Shown piece after piece: positions 38,525 to 52,729 of a stretch of DNA of 64,000 nt. Numbering within the stretch: position 1 is the stretch's first letter; each line of letters begins with the position of its first letter. The notes under the pieces were generated by a model that saw only the letters and a program-made list of their open reading frames with translations, did not search any database and was not told where the DNA came from. The DNA comes from the human T2T-CHM13v2.0 reference genome, Homo sapiens, in NCBI RefSeq assembly GCF_009914755.1, contig NC_060927.1; one strand, written 5' to 3'. Made by a program: the position numbers and the translations under genes.

Positions 38525-38790
38525 ATTCATTCTTTAATATTTATTGTCTGTTACCTAAATACCAGACACTATACAAGATTCCTTGATACAGCATAGTCAC
38601 CTTTTATGGAGCTTACCTTCTAATGGGTGAGGCCAAGAATAAGCAAGTTAAGAAATACATTTTAAATAAACTTACAGGAAATAAATATAGATTTTTATAA
38701 GCCTAAGAAGGAAATGACCAAGGTGGTGTAATAAAGAAAGGTCAGAATTGACCTAGAATGGGTGATCAGAGGCATCTTTTCTGAGTTATG
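38525..38790 (-). mobile_element. L2 fragment
   Basis: attcattctttaatatttattg...atggagcttaccttctaatggg...gggtgatcagaggcatc. Confidence 0.6.
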
Positions 38791-39804
38791 GTAGATCTAT
38801 GATTTTGTACAATCTACATCTTCCTCTTTATTTTACTGGAGTATATCCTCAAAAAAATTTATGGAAAGGGCTGCATGAGAGGTAAACCTCTGCAGTTTTC
38901 ACATGTCTCAAAATAGGTTATTTTTGTTTTCTTATTTAATTGACAGTTTGACTGGATATAGTAGTCCTTTCATAACTTTGAAGGTCTTGCTCTGTTGTCT
39001 TCTCCCTCCATTTTTTCTGGATCATCTGATGCCAGTCTGATTCTTCTTCTTTTTTAGGAGACCTCTATTTTAATTCCATAGGCTCAGCATCTGGTGATAC
39101 CTGCAATAAATGGGATATAAGGCATTGTCTGAATAAATCGTGGAGGATGGTAGCAAATGTTCCCAGCATTAATCCCTAATATTTTTCTCCACTAAATAGC
39201 AGCTTCTGGGACTGTGCTTCCTAGAGCTATATAAGGCTATATGGAAACAGTCTTCACTCAGTGGAATGGTGGTGTCCATAGCAGCATGGGGTCATGGTTT
39301 TGAAAATTCCCAGGCATTCATTATACTAAAACAAATCCATCAAATACAAGAAGGATTCTTGTCCTTTCTCTGATTTATCCTCCACACATGAAAAAGCAGA
39401 CTTCCACAGATGCATAAACTTATAACCAATGGCAGGGCCAAAGCCACAACTTTATTCCATATGCAGTTGTTTAACTGCTTTTTTTTTTTATTAACAGAAA
39501 TACCATGGTGGATGTAATCATAAAGTTACTTCATTTTTTATCTACTATTCCTTTAAAGGAATAACAGCTGTTTAACATCTTCAGTCCACTGTTATAATAA
39601 TTGTTGTTATTATAACATATAACTTAAATATAATAATAATTAGTATTGTAACATAGTTATAAGAAGAGAGAAGGGCTTAGAGGAAAGCAGCAGGAGCTTG
39701 ACAAATACCTGTATGATTGTCTAGATTCCACTCTCTTTGGGTTTGTCAAGTTTAAAATCTGACACATTCTTTGACAATACTTTTTTGAATTCTTTGAAGA
39801 TATC

Positions 39805-40686
39805 GTATGTATCAGACACCTCATATGCCTTACCTCCCATCTTCTTGACTAATGACCTTTTGCTTCAGTCACTGCTCTGAGAACCACAGAGTTCAGAAGT
39901 AACTGGTTGCATCTTATCTCTGGTGCACCATACATTTCTTTCTTTCTGCAGTGTGGATTTTCTGATGCTACTGTGTATGACACCTCTGGGAACCCATTTG
40001 AAACACACAGGCAAGTATGAGGGAGTTGCTGCCCCATAGATAAATGCTTTTTTTCCCTGTCTCTCAGGAAGAAAGTGGACATTTTTAAAAATTTTAATTT
40101 TTGATTTTTATGAGCACATAGTATGTGTATATATTTATGAGGTATATGAGATATTTTGATACAAGCATACAATGTATAATAATCACACCAGGGTAAATTG
40201 AGTATCCATCACTTCAAGTATTTATCATTTCTTTTCGTTATAAACATTCCAATTATACTTTTAGTTATTTTTAAATGTACAATAAATTATAGTTGACTGT
40301 AATCTCCCCATTGTGCTATCAAATACTAGATCTTAGTCATTCTGTCTAACTACATTTTTGTAGCTATTAGCCATCCTCACTCCTGCCACCCCATTACCCT
40401 TCTCAGCCTTTGGTAACTATCATTCTACTCTCCATCTCCATGAGTTCAATTGTTTCAGTCATTAGTCCCACAAATGAGTGAGAACATGTGAAGTCTGTCA
40501 TGTAGACAATTTTGAGACACATTCTACCTTGCTCCTAGCTCAATAACACACTTGCATAAGCTTTCCTCTATTCCTCTTATTTCTTGCCTGTTTCCCACTC
40601 CTTTTCATTCACTTTACAAAATAGCATATCTGTATTCAAACTCTTGTCTCAGGCTCTGCTTTCTAGGGATAATCCATACAAAATCA
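39805..40686 (+). mobile_element. LTR40-like ERVL LTR split by an L1MA
   Basis: gggagttgctgccccatagataaatgcttt ... gacaattttgagacacattctac ... cttgtctcaggctctgctttctaggg. Confidence 0.65.
40082..40500 (-). mobile_element. L1MA3/4-like 3' end
   Basis: gagatattttgatacaagcatacaatg...gtgctatcaaatactagatctta...aaatgagtgagaacatg. Flanked by gt(g/a)gaca. Confidence 0.88.
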
Positions 40687-41862
40687 TACAATCAGTTCCC
40701 TTGACATGAGTAAATGCACGCATTCAGCTGATCCCAAACTACTTCTTCAGTCTGTGGGCAGCCCATGGTTTACTTACAGCTTCTCTCTCCTGTCTTTTTG
40801 TGCCTGCAGAGTCTTCTTGGACAGCACCTAAGATGGTGCCTATTTCAGCACTCTCTTTGCAAAGAAGCCCATTTCTGGTGCATAGAACACATACAAATCC
40901 TAAGTGACAAAAACTCTGGGCATGCAGGCTGACTCGAACGCACCCATCTTTCTTTGTTCTACTACCAGTCAGCCTCTCTTATGTTAAATTTTTCAGGAAT
41001 GGGGAGGACACAAAGCCACTGTGGCAGCAAGGCTCAAAGGACTCATTTTAAACTCTCCAAGTATTTTCCTCAAAACTCATTCCCTGCCCATTATGGTCTC
41101 CACTTTGAGGGCAAGGTAGGATTCATAGCATCACAGCAGCTCTCTCCAAAATATTAACTTTTAATTTGACCCTTTTATCTTCTCCAAATTTCTTTCGTAG
41201 TATAAAGGTGGATCTTCAACTAAGAATTGCAAAAACTGGTTATCAAAGACTACCTTTACATGTCCTGCATAGATACCTCACAACTTGATTTGAATTGTGA
41301 CCTTTATTGTCTTGGGACCTCAGCCAAGAATAGTTCAAACTGAATATTATTACATATACAAAGAAAAATAGTTTTATGGGTGCTCTGAGTCCAAGATCTG
41401 ATTAGGATACAGAACTGTTTGATTGTAATTAATGTTGTGGCATATTTGAAATAATTATAAGGATGGAAAGTTCCTAGTGCTTAAAGAAGAGTGAAGGAGA
41501 TAACAAAACATTAAACTTAAGCTCTCTCTCAATTTTAGGAAATAACTGATGGACAAGTAGATATTGAATGAATTATGTATGATGGCTCTTCCAGCACTCA
41601 AATCCTTTGTTTATTTCTTTGTTGGTGATTGAAGATATAACCATTTCCTCATATAAAGCGGTTTTCACAAACTTTCTATAACTGTATTTTGGGGCCTCAA
41701 AAGGAAGAAAAAAATGATCAAACTGATGAAGAAAGAATGGGAAAATAAAAGGAATAATTATAAGCCAGAGTAAAAAATACTACTTAGGCATATACCAATT
41801 ATTTCTGCAAAATCCACAATTTATGGAAAGAAATCTCAATGTTCACATATTGATCAGCTTTT

Positions 41863-42237
41863 TAAAAAAATTATACTTTAAGTTCTGGGGTACACGTGCA
41901 GAATGTGCAGTTTTGTTACATAGGTATACACGTGCCATGGCGGTTTGCTGCACGAATCAACCTGTCATCTACATTAGGTATTTCTCCTAATGTTATCCCT
42001 CCCCTACCCCTCAACGCCTGACAGACCCTGGTGTGTAAATGCAAATCAAAACCACAATGAGATACCATCTCACGCCAGTTAGAGTGGCGATCATTAAAAA
42101 GTCAGAAAACAACAGATGCTGGAGAGGATGCGGAGAAATAGGAATGCTTTTACACTGTTGGTGGGAGTGTAAATTAGTTCAACCGTTGTGGAAGACAGTG
42201 TGGCAATTCCTCAAGGATCTAGAACTAGAAATACCAT
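41863..42237 (-). mobile_element. L1PA6-like short insertion with 5' inversion
   Basis: Antisense 3' UTR at 41863-42036, sense ORF2 end at 42037-42240 ([15 protein letters not shown]...), TSD ttgatcagctttt at 41850-41862 and 42238-42250. Confidence 0.93.
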
Positions 42238-42669
42238 TTGATCAGCTTTTATTCATACCCACAAAGAATACTTTGTAATAGAGATTTCTCACTGATTTGG
42301 GGAAAAAAAAGTGTATTCCATTAACGTATTAGATTACTGCTTCATCTCATCAACTCTTATTTTTACCACCACAACAAAACAGCCTATTTAAAAGCAAATA
42401 TTGTACCATATCAATCCTTCATTAATGAATGAGCCTAACGAGCAGAGAATTGTCCAGGTTCTGTTCACTATCTGGCTATTCATAGTAATGCATTGTCTGA
42501 AATAAAGTCAGATTTGGGTAACTCTTGCACCAAAGCCACTGACAAAGATTTATATGGTTTACCATAATGAGTTGACTTCTCTTTGGATAATGACAGTGAC
42601 TAATGCTGTACCTATCTTGGTGGAGGCATTTTTTTATCTTATCCATGTTTTACGGAAGGTGATCTTTGG

Positions 42670-42830
42670 TTTACAGAATCGTGGAACTGGAAAATATATT
42701 TAGTGTTTACCTCATTCATTCCCTTATTATGAATGAGAAAATTGAATCCAGAGGCATTAAATGAGACATGTTAGGCTAATGGCAAAGAATTGTCTAGAAC
42801 TCATGCCTTGTAATTCCAGAGCCCTATGCT
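42670..42830 (-). mobile_element. MIR fragment
   Basis: atgaatgagaaaattgaatccagagg...aatggcaaag...ctagaactcatg...ccagagccc. Confidence 0.55.
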
Positions 42831-43987
42831 GTGAAAGATAAAAACATTAGTTTTTTCTGTAACCCAAAAACAGGCATTATGACATTGCTTTCTGAAATAG
42901 ACATATGCCAGTTAAAATATGGTAGAGTGCTCAAGTTATATGTGAAACACAGGGCTTTTTATTTTCAAAATGGGAAAGGATGTCAGCTCTCAGTGTTTAC
43001 TTGATATTTGAGAGTTATTTCCCTTATATTTGTAATCACACCAGAATGTGGTAAAGATTAACAAACCAATGATGTTTATGACAAGTCTTTGTTTTTTTCT
43101 AGTTGTTCATAACTACCATCAAAAGCTGAGGTTCTAGAATGTCCATTTAAACATCCAGGGCACTACTGTCAGCAAGAGATCATTAATCCAGTGAGAGTAT
43201 AATTAAAAGAACAGTCTTCCATCCTCCCACTCCAATTTCCAAACCTGAATAAGATGAAAATATATCTTTATTCTTGTTGCTTTCCACTTAGGGTTGTAGT
43301 GGCTACCTTACCTAAAAATAAGATTACATTGTAAAGCAAGATGTCATTTCAAAGTGTTTGTGTGTAGCTATAGAGGGCTATATGGCTTTGTTGCTTGAAG
43401 AGACTCTTATCTATCAACAGATGTGTAGGCATGGTCTGGTTGTCAGAGAATGAATAAAGAGAAGCTGATGATGCACCATACCATAAAGTGAAACATTATT
43501 TCTGCTGCAGCAAGAGGAAGATTATATCGCACATATGAAAAATTTCCTCCTTCAATATGAGTGTCAACTGCATGGTTTCTGAGAAGTATAGTTTCATGTT
43601 GCATGGGATGTGTGGGAGGTGAAGGCAGTTAGCTTCTGAATATTACAGCGTTGCCACCACACGTTAATGGAGAGACCTTGAGATGGGCCAGGCATTGAGT
43701 GCCATAATGCACCCTGGTTCTTGAGGCTATTTTAGAACACATAATTTACACTTTGGGAAATGTAAGTTGTGAGTTATAATATCCACCCCTCTTTCTTATG
43801 AGAAGGGATCTCTCCATGATATAACCAATTGTCCTGTGGGAAAGATATAGAATGTTCCAGAAAGAGGGATATAGTTGTAATAGAAAGACATTAGAAGGGC
43901 TCTTTTTGAAGAGAAGTAAATCTAGGAATTGGAAAATACCCACAGGGAAATGCTTAAGGTTTAAATTTTTGTGCTTTACTCTTAGAC

Positions 43988-44195
43988 CAACTGGGGGTGA
44001 TTTTGCCTCTTTCCAACTATTTGGCAATGTTGGGGGACATTTTTTATTGTTACAACTTAGGGCAGGGTGCTGCTGGCATCTAGTGGGTAGAGGCCAGGGA
44101 TGCTGCTAAGCATATTACAATGCCTAGGACAGCCCCTTACAGCAAAGGATTATCTACCTCTAAATGTCAGTAGAACCAAGGTTGAGAACCCCTAT
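43988..44195 (+). mobile_element. MER20 (hAT-Charlie)
   Basis: gggggtgattttgcc...ctggcatctagtgggtagaggccagggatgctgctaa...aaggttgagaaccct. Confidence 0.9.
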
Positions 44196-44469
44196 TTTAG
44201 ACTAAGAATAGCCACATTATGCTCCCTAACTTAAGTTCTTTTCCTTGTAGTTTTAATTCCCATCAGTGGAGTATGTTGTGTACATGTTATTTTGTGCTCA
44301 TGGTGCTATGGAAGATGATCAGGAGGGGGCAACATGGGGAAACGTGGTCTTCCTCAGATCACCCCACTTCTGAAGTGTATCCCCTGGTGAACGCATCACA
44401 TCTGGGAGGAAATGAATCTCCAGTTCCAGGCAGTAACCAGCTGCAAAGAACTCAGTGGCCTATTGTGAC

Positions 44470-45057
44470 ATTTATTTCTTTGTTGTCTCTGAGTCCCAAG
44501 CCCACATTTTCTCTATATTCTACTAGAAGTCTGCAAGCTACATTTCCCAGATTCCTCTGCTGGATAGATTCCCATTAAATTCTGCCTTTGAGCAGCACTG
44601 GCAGGAGACTGCAACATGAGAGGATGAGAGAAAGAGTCCTTGGACAACATCTTCCTGTTTGCAGCTCCTGGCACATCTCTTTAGCAGCAGAGGGCAGCTA
44701 TGGCTCCAGTCTCCAGCTTTTAAAAACCCTTTCAGACCCATCCCTTAGAGGTACCATCATCAGCCCTGTGTCTGGACCCCCTCAGAGACCTAATTATCAG
44801 TGTGTGGCACCTCCATCCCTGAGCACTGGCAACATGGGGCCCTTCCTCTTGACTCCTAGGTTTTGGTGCCCATAAATTTTCCTTTTGGTTCCCTCAAACC
44901 TAGGAATTGTAGCTGCTTCCTGTGGCTACTATTGCTTCTGGGTTTCCTTCTTGCCATTAATCTTCAACATCTGTGTAACCAATTGCTTTTATTAAGTCCT
45001 CTCCATTTGAATATCAGGCATGTGTCTATTTTCTTGAACGAACACTGACAGATATAC
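44470..45057 (+). mobile_element. LTR33(A)-like ERVL LTR
   Basis: ctgcaagctacatttcccagattcc, agaggtaccatcatcagc, gtagctgcttcctg, terminal ctgacagatatac. Confidence 0.7.
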
Positions 45058-46349
45058 CAGGGTAGAGCTGAGAGTAAAGAGCAGAAGCAGGCAGTGTAGA
45101 ACAGACGCTACCACGTGGCTTTTGGGAGGCCACCATGAGTTAGCACTCTTTTCTTCCAAACACATCTAGTAATGCTAGGATGTGGAGAGGCTGACACATT
45201 ACCCTAGTGAAATGCAGAAGTGTTTGCTCCTAATCTCTGTGGTACAGAGGAGGAACTCTGAGGTTGACTGTTCTTCCTTTTGCATGGAAAGACATCTATC
45301 TTTACACTGAGATAAGGGTGAGCAGGATGGGACCTCATGTTTTCCTCAGCTCACATCTCTTCTGGACTACTAGGCATTGTAGCCCTGGCAAAGAAGCTTC
45401 CTGACAACAGATGAAAGAAATAGAGAATCCAGATCACTCTAGTGAAGATACAGAGTGGAGAAAACCCTGTCCTGCCCTCACACCAGTGGGGGATACAAAA
45501 AGTTCTCCTATGGGGCAAGGGGTTACAGTTAGTCTGTCAGGCCACCAATAATTAATGACCAAGTTTGCACAGACAATAGCGGCAAAGTCACAAATGGTCC
45601 TGGCTGACCCATGACAATAAGATGTCAACAATTGTACTAACACACTCCAATTTCAGAGATGTCAAAACATGACCAAATGCTTATTGTAGAATTGGTTGAA
45701 TATTGAAACTCAGAACCCAGACAGATAAATGGCAAAAAGGCTAATACAAATAGGAGAGTATAAACAAGAAGGCAAATACGTGTCAATAAGAACAAACACT
45801 TTGAAAATGGTGATAACTACCCATTAGGATACCAAATTAGAATTTATCGAAAGCCCAGTCCCACAGCAGCTTCCTCTTGGAGGTCACCAGATTCAAACAA
45901 ATGTCAATCCCTCATTGGCATATGACAAACCTTTTTTTAACCTCTTTGGACAATACACCTTCATGAATTATGTTTTCCCCACAACTCTAGTTATGGATAA
46001 AGGCAAATTGGAAAAGCAATCATTTATGCCTTGGAAAATTTCATTATTAGATCACATTGGTTTCCAGCAACACGTTATTTTCTCCGTATGTTTTGTCTTA
46101 CCACAGTCAGCATGAGTGTCTACTATCCTGAGAAATAAGCCATCCCTTTTAGGAGTTAGTGCTTGAATACCACATGATAACAGCATTTCTCTTCACTTCC
46201 CCCATTTGGCTGTGACATTACTTGGACACAGGCACAGAGCATTATGGGTTTATTCATAGCAGCACTACTCAAGGTCTGGACGACCAGACAGAATAGCTAA
46301 AACAGCTGATCTAGTTGCAGCAGTGGACCCTGGAGACTTAAGTGGACCA

Positions 46350-47370
46350 TTGAAAAACAGTGTCTTAGTCTTCAAAGAGCTTATGGCTTCATATGGGAGA
46401 TTGAAAAGTGAACAAACCCACTATAAATCCATATGCTGACTGCTGACATAGAAGTGTGTATACCTGGTGCTGTGGGAGCATAGAGAAATGACAAACTGGA
46501 CAGTATTAGCGTTTCTGGAAGGTAAGATCAAAATTCAAAATGGAAATTATGTTTGGGATGAGTCTTGATGAATGACTGGGAATTTCCCAAGAAGACAGTG
46601 TTGCAAGGGAGAAGGATAAATTCCAGAATAAGGAACAGCATGTGCAAAGGGAGGGAGAGAGATAATGTGTGGGCATTCTGGACATTTTGGGAAGTTCAAT
46701 AGGAATCATAAGATACATGGACTTTGTCCTGAAGATGATAGGGTTCTAGGAAGGAAGTAAAATGATTATATTTACATGTAAATTAAAAAAATTAAAAAAA
46801 AATGACAAAATGATAGAAAACGCAGAATTTGGTGACTGGTTGAATGCAGGACTTGAGGAAAAGCAGGGAGGGCTGGAAGATTTTGAGGATGGGGTTACTA
46901 GCATCTCTAATCAGGAATACAAAGCAATGGAGGAAAGTGAAAACCTTTGAGGTGCCCATGGAATATCTTCACATGGCTGCTCTATCTCAGCTAGAAGTGT
47001 AGCATAAGGGAAAGGGCCAGACTCTGGACGTAGATTTGAAAGCAATCAGATTCAGATGTCAGTTGAAGCTCTAGACATCGAAGAGATTGTTTTATGATTA
47101 AAAAACAAAAACAAAGGCCAAAAAAAGGAATGCTGGGACCTTTGAGCTAACGTTTGGGTGAATGGAAAATATAAAAACAGAAAGTAGATGGGGGAATAGA
47201 GCAAGGAGATAGAAAGTGGAGAGTGGAGTCACGGAAATTAAGGTAGGAGAAAAGTTTATGAAGGCAGTGGTCAGTAAGGTCTAATGCAGCAGAAGGTGAA
47301 AAATAAGCACAAAACAGACACTGTGGCTCCTTCTGCTTGAAGGTCCTACTGAACTTGAGGGTAGCCACAA
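46350..47370 (-). mobile_element. L2 fragments
   Basis: ggaacagcatgtgcaaagg, gaatttggtgactggttgaatg, gtggtcagtaaggtctaatgcagcagaagg. Confidence 0.75.
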
Positions 47371-49904
47371 GTTGAGGCCAGGCCTTTATGGGTGCACCAT
47401 ATGGTTTGTGGCTGGATTACAGAGTAGGGAATTCTCCACAAAGGTCAAAGGCTCTTTTTCAACCTGTTTTGTGGTAGCAAAAAAACATGGCCAAGCCATG
47501 TCAGATCCAGCCCCTGGCACAATGGCTGTGCCATACACAGAGAGAAACATGACCTCAGCTCGTGTAAAGTCTGAATAAATCTTCCAACAGAATGTTTAAT
47601 CTCTGAATGGGCAAAACATTATATAGCATAAAATCTAAGAGAGGATTAGAAAAAAACATGTAAAATATGATGGGATTCAGGAGAAATCTATTCACTGTAT
47701 TTTGCAGAAAAATAACAGGCCAGATAAAATAGTCATCATTCAAGGATGAATAAACAAGCAAATAAAACCTCATTATGAGGCATGTGAAAATTTTTGCAAC
47801 TTTAAGAAATGAAAATATAGCACTCAAGAGGCAGAGGAAGAGCACACTTTGAAAAAGATTTACTACAGGAAATGGGAATAAATTTTAAACAGCATATGCT
47901 TTGTGATCTAAATAACATTCAAGGACCCCATGAAGCAAGAGATGAAAAATGAGACAAGAAAACAGACTGAAGTGAGAAGAAAATTGGTTGAGAAACTGGA
48001 ATATAGAGGAAGATAAAATGAGGACAATGTTATAAAACTAAATATGAAATATGAAAATTAAAAGTACATTAGAATTAATAAAATAATTAGCAAAACATAA
48101 TCAAGTAATAGAAAGGACAAATTTGAGGCATAGTCCTTCAGAACTAAAGGAATATGTAAAAGAGGTGAAAACACTGAGAAAGGAAACACTAGAATTTGTG
48201 GGCAAATAGTAGAAATTCGACATGAAGACAACCACTATCCCTAAAGAAGACATCTGAACAAATAGAAAACTAGCAATGGTTCTGGAGTGTATAGAAAATA
48301 ACAACATTCGCAAACTTAAGAAGCAAGTCAGTATTCAGATCAAATGGGTTTGATGTGAATTAGGTAAAATTAATATAAAGAGACCAATTTCTATAGAAGT
48401 CCAGAATTTGAATTCCAAAAAAATACACTGGAACGTAAACAAAACAAAATAAAACAACCAAAAATAACAAACAAGTTAGCAAAAAAGGAAGAAAAATCAA
48501 GGCCAGGAATTAACATAACAATCTCTACAGAGGCCCAATTTGGGGCAAAAAATAAGATCTAAGAACACTGTATCTGGGCATGTTGTTACTCACATTTGAA
48601 ATCAGCAAAAAAAAATTCTGTGAAACAAAGTGTTAGAAAGAAAATCAATCAAGTTCTGTTCATGAAAAAAAAGTTTTTTCAGACAACCATGAAATGAGTC
48701 CAGTAAAAAAAAAAAAAAAAACCTGATGGACAAGGAAGGTGTGCTATGAAAGGACCGGCAGTAAGCATTGAATTATTTTAATATGGGATAAAGTCTAAAT
48801 TGTTGTAAATATAATGTAGTTCAACAGAGTTTGCAAACCTGATCAATGATTCTTGAATGTTAAGATATAGAATGTAGATAATAATCTTGAAGAGATAAGA
48901 AGTTGGTTCTATATTCCCAGCAGTGGAAGAGAGGTAGTAGGAAGGAATAGCATGAGAATATCTTCATGGTACATTGGAGGAAAGTGGTAGACAATGATTC
49001 CCTGTAATGTGGACAGACAGTGTTGTTTATTTTTTAAAAGTAAGATTTAGCAGACTTCGAAGTATGATGCCTTTACATTAGAAGAGAGAAAGGGGAAAAG
49101 AAAACATGTATGATAATTAAGGATAAATATCAAAGGAAATAGCCAAGAAACTGAAACACAATAATACATGAATATGCACAAATGTATTTGAGTAAGCACA
49201 AACATGTAATTTATAATAAATGTAATGATTTTATTATATTAAATGGCAAAGATTAGGTCCCAATCAACAATAGTTCTCTACGAAAGATACCTAAGAAAGA
49301 GTAACTCAGAAAAGTAAGTAAAAATTCCAATAATAAAAACATTATCGAATCAAACCTATGGTGTTTAGTAAAAGCTATAAGCAAGCAAAAATTTACAAAA
49401 CGTACTTTGTTTTGTAACAAAGGAGAAAAAGGAGAAGAAATTGTTACAAATGAAAGCAGAAATTTAGTGGAGAAAAATGAATAGAATAAATAAATCTTTA
49501 ATTGGTTCTTTAAAAAACGCAAACAATAAATAGAACAAAAAGAATAAAACGTAGAAAACTCCATTTATCTTAATCGAGGAAGTAATGAGAAGAGACAAAA
49601 ATTGCATATGAAAGGAGAGGTCATCTCAGATATAAAAACATTTGAAAATATTTATATAATGAATCGTTCTCATTTATATCAAATATGATTATTAACTGAT
49701 GAAGGAGCAGAAAACATTCTCAAGAAGAAATTGAAAAATATTGTAAAAGTTAACCTGTGCAGGTCATTTAAAGAAAAAGTATTTCAATTTTAAACAACAA
49801 ATAATTTTCTGACTTTATCAACTCTTTCTGGGCATTAAAATATGTGGGGACAAAGTTCTAATTCAATTACTGGCAAAACCCTAACATCAAAAATTGATAA
49901 AACT

Positions 49905-50208
49905 GGCTGGGCGAGGTGGCTTATGTCTGTAATTTCCAGCACTTTGGGAGGCCTTGGCAGGTGGATCACCTGCGGTCAGGAGTTCCAGACCAGCCTGGCC
50001 AACATGGTGAAACCCTGTCTCTACTAAAAACACAAAAATTAGCCAGGCATGATTGCAGGCACCTGTAGTCCCAGCTACTCGAGAGGCTGAGGCACGAGAA
50101 TCGCTTGAACTGAGGGGTGGAGGTTTCAGTGAGCCGGGATCGCACCACTGCACTCCAGTCTGGGCGACAGAGCGAGACTCTTGTCTCAAAAAAAAAAAAA
50201 AAAAAAAA
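49905..50208 (+). mobile_element. AluSx/Sz-like, full length
   Basis: Complete body, poly-A, TSD aaaa(tt/cc)gataaaact at 49890-49904 and 50211-50225. Confidence 0.95.
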
Positions 50209-51257
50209 GCAAAACCGATAAAACTAATACAAAAGGGGAAGAGATAAGATACTTTCAGAACTATGAACATCAAAATCAGAAATGTAATATGAAATTTATC
50301 TAGCTGTTTATGAAATAATGCAAAGAAACTCCCAGAAGATTTTGTTTCAAAAATGAAGAGATAATTAAATATTATTGATTTATTATTATAATTTTCACAT
50401 GAATATGTCATGGGAGAGAAACGGATTGAACATCCAAATGTATACCGAAAATTAAGTTGAAAAAATTGCAACATCCATTTCTAGTAGAACAGCTGATAAC
50501 TAGTACGAGGATAAGAATGAAGTCTTCTTTCTCAAGTTGATCCAGCTTATTTATCTCAATACATGATATCTAAAAATAAGACTCTAGAAATAGTCACTTT
50601 AAAAGATAAAATAAAAAAAATACAAGAAAGTTCCTTGTGATGAATGTTATTCAACATTGTTCTGTAATTTATTAGCCAGGAAATAAGATCAGGCAAAAGA
50701 AAAAAAAAAGTATAGTTTTGAAGAGGAGGAGGACAAATGTTTTTTTTTTACTGACATTGTGATTATCTATACAGAAATCTCAAAAACAGGAAGAAAGCAA
50801 TTAAAAAACTAATAGCCTTAATGAGAGATTTTATCTAGGCAACAAATCATAAGCCAAGTGTACAAAAATCAATTGGTTCTATATATATGCAAGCAATAAT
50901 TAACTAGAAGATTTAATTTAAACATTCCACTCATAATAAAATAAATAAATTATCTAAGACTATATTTAATAAGAAATGTTTAAGATCTACAGGAAGAAAA
51001 TTACAAAATGCCATGGTTTTAAAAGAAGATCTGAATCAATGGGGAGAAACACTATACTTTGATCTATTTGTTTGCTGAGAAATTGTAAGGCTGTCAGTTT
51101 TGAATGGGGCTTTGAACAACATAATCTTATCCCACTAATGAACATACATGCAAAAATCTGAAGCTAAACAATATCAAATCAAGTCCAGCAGCATATGAAA
51201 AAAGTAATATATCTAGAGCAAATAGAGTTTATCCTAAGAATGCAAAGATTAATCAGC

Positions 51258-51362
51258 CTCAGAGCAGAGAACTTGTTCAGCTTTTTCTCATTTTTATTCC
51301 TTGCATTTATCATAGCTCTTGGCATATAATAGGTGCTCAATAAATATGTGTTGACTGAACAA
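51258..51362 (+). mobile_element. L2 3' tail
   Basis: tggcatataataggtgctcaataaatatgtgttgactgaa. Confidence 0.75.
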
Positions 51363-51772
51363 ATATGATGTAATCTTTTAATTTATTTTGCTACATTAAC
51401 AGATTAAAGGAAAAAATCTACAACATATCTTAATTGAGCCGAAAAAGTATTTCATAAAATTCAATATCCCCTTTTTATCACTCTAAGAAAGCTAGAAACA
51501 GAATGAACCCTTTTATCTTGTTAAAGTTTTTTTTATTAGAAAACAACAGCAAGTATTATACTTAGTAATGAAATACTAGATTCAGGAGCAGGGAAAATGT
51601 GCTTAATATCACCTCAACTTATTAAAACTTTACTGGAAGTCTCAATCAACATAACAATAAAGAAAAATAAGAACTGTAAATTTGAGGGAACTAAGAGACA
51701 ACATAGTAATTATTCACAGATGATACCATCTTATACTCAGAAAATAGAAGAGGCTGAAGTGAGAACAGATAA

Positions 51773-52142
51773 TGCTAAGCAGTGAATGTTTGTGTCCCTC
51801 CCTCCCAAATTCATATGTTAAAATCTTAATCCCCAATTGGGTGGTATATGAAGATGGAGGCCTTAGGGAAGTGAGTAGGACATGAGAGTAGAGCCCTCAT
51901 GATGACACTGGTACCCTCACTAGAGACAAGGGAGAGATTGCTTCCTTTCTCTTTCTGTCATGTGAGGAAACAGCAAGAAGGTGGCTGTTTACAAGCCAGG
52001 AAGTGGGCCCTCACCAGAATCAGACCATTCTGGCACCCTGATCTCAGACTTCCAGCCTCCAGAACTGTAAGAAATAAATGTTTATTGTTTAAGCCAGCCA
52101 GTCTGTAGTATTTTGTTACAGCAGCCCAAGAAGACTAAGATA
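51773..52142 (+). mobile_element. MLT1A/A0 solo LTR
   Basis: tgaatgtttgtgtccctc...cagacttccagcctccagaactgtaagaaataaatg...gactaagata. TSD ga(t/a)aa. Confidence 0.9.
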
Positions 52143-52729
52143 GAAAAATAGAGACCAACTCCAAGATTCATGTCCTAGAAATAACTTAACAAAATTAAAT
52201 AATTGTCTAGCAATTTTAACAAAATAATTAAATTTTTAGGGATGAAATAAGAGGAGCAAGACTTAGATGAAAAAAAATGTTATAAAACTTATGGAAACCC
52301 TGAATAAATGAAGAGAAGACCATGTTCCTAGATTTTAAAGGTATTACTTCCTTTTAAATTATCAATAACTCAATGAAATCTTAATTTACAATTCTAGAGA
52401 AACTCAACAACACATCTGCAAACTTTGGAAAAGAAAAGAAAAGCCAAGATATTTCTGGAAAAGAACAGTGAGGGAGAACTTATCCTGCCAAACATGAAAA
52501 CAAATTATAATCTATAATAACTAGTAGAATGTGATATTGGTCAGAAAATGAGAATCAATGAGTGGACCAAAAAGAAAAGGAAATCTAGATGTCTAACACA
52601 TGTGCTTCACTAAAAGAAAATTCCATACACATTTAAAAAGCAGTGAAGTGTTTCCTGAAATTTAAAAATATAACGGTAATATTTTTTAAAACTTTACATA
52701 AAGTTACATAAGAACTCATCCCCAACTGT

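Larger units (their letters stand above)
47570..52570 (+). mobile_element. Highly degenerate L1M-type sequence (sense), fragmented
   Basis: A-rich, with L1 ORF2 motifs (ttattcaacattgttct, caaaaatcaattg, ataaaattcaatatcc, ctgaataaatgaagaga...ccatgttc). Hosts Alu, L2 and MLT1A inserts. Confidence 0.7.

Noticed and set aside
49887-50474. Longest ORF (195 aa, minus strand)
   Set aside because: Read-through of AT-rich L1 remnant into an antisense Alu ([12 protein letters not shown]...[18 protein letters not shown]), a standard Alu translation artefact.
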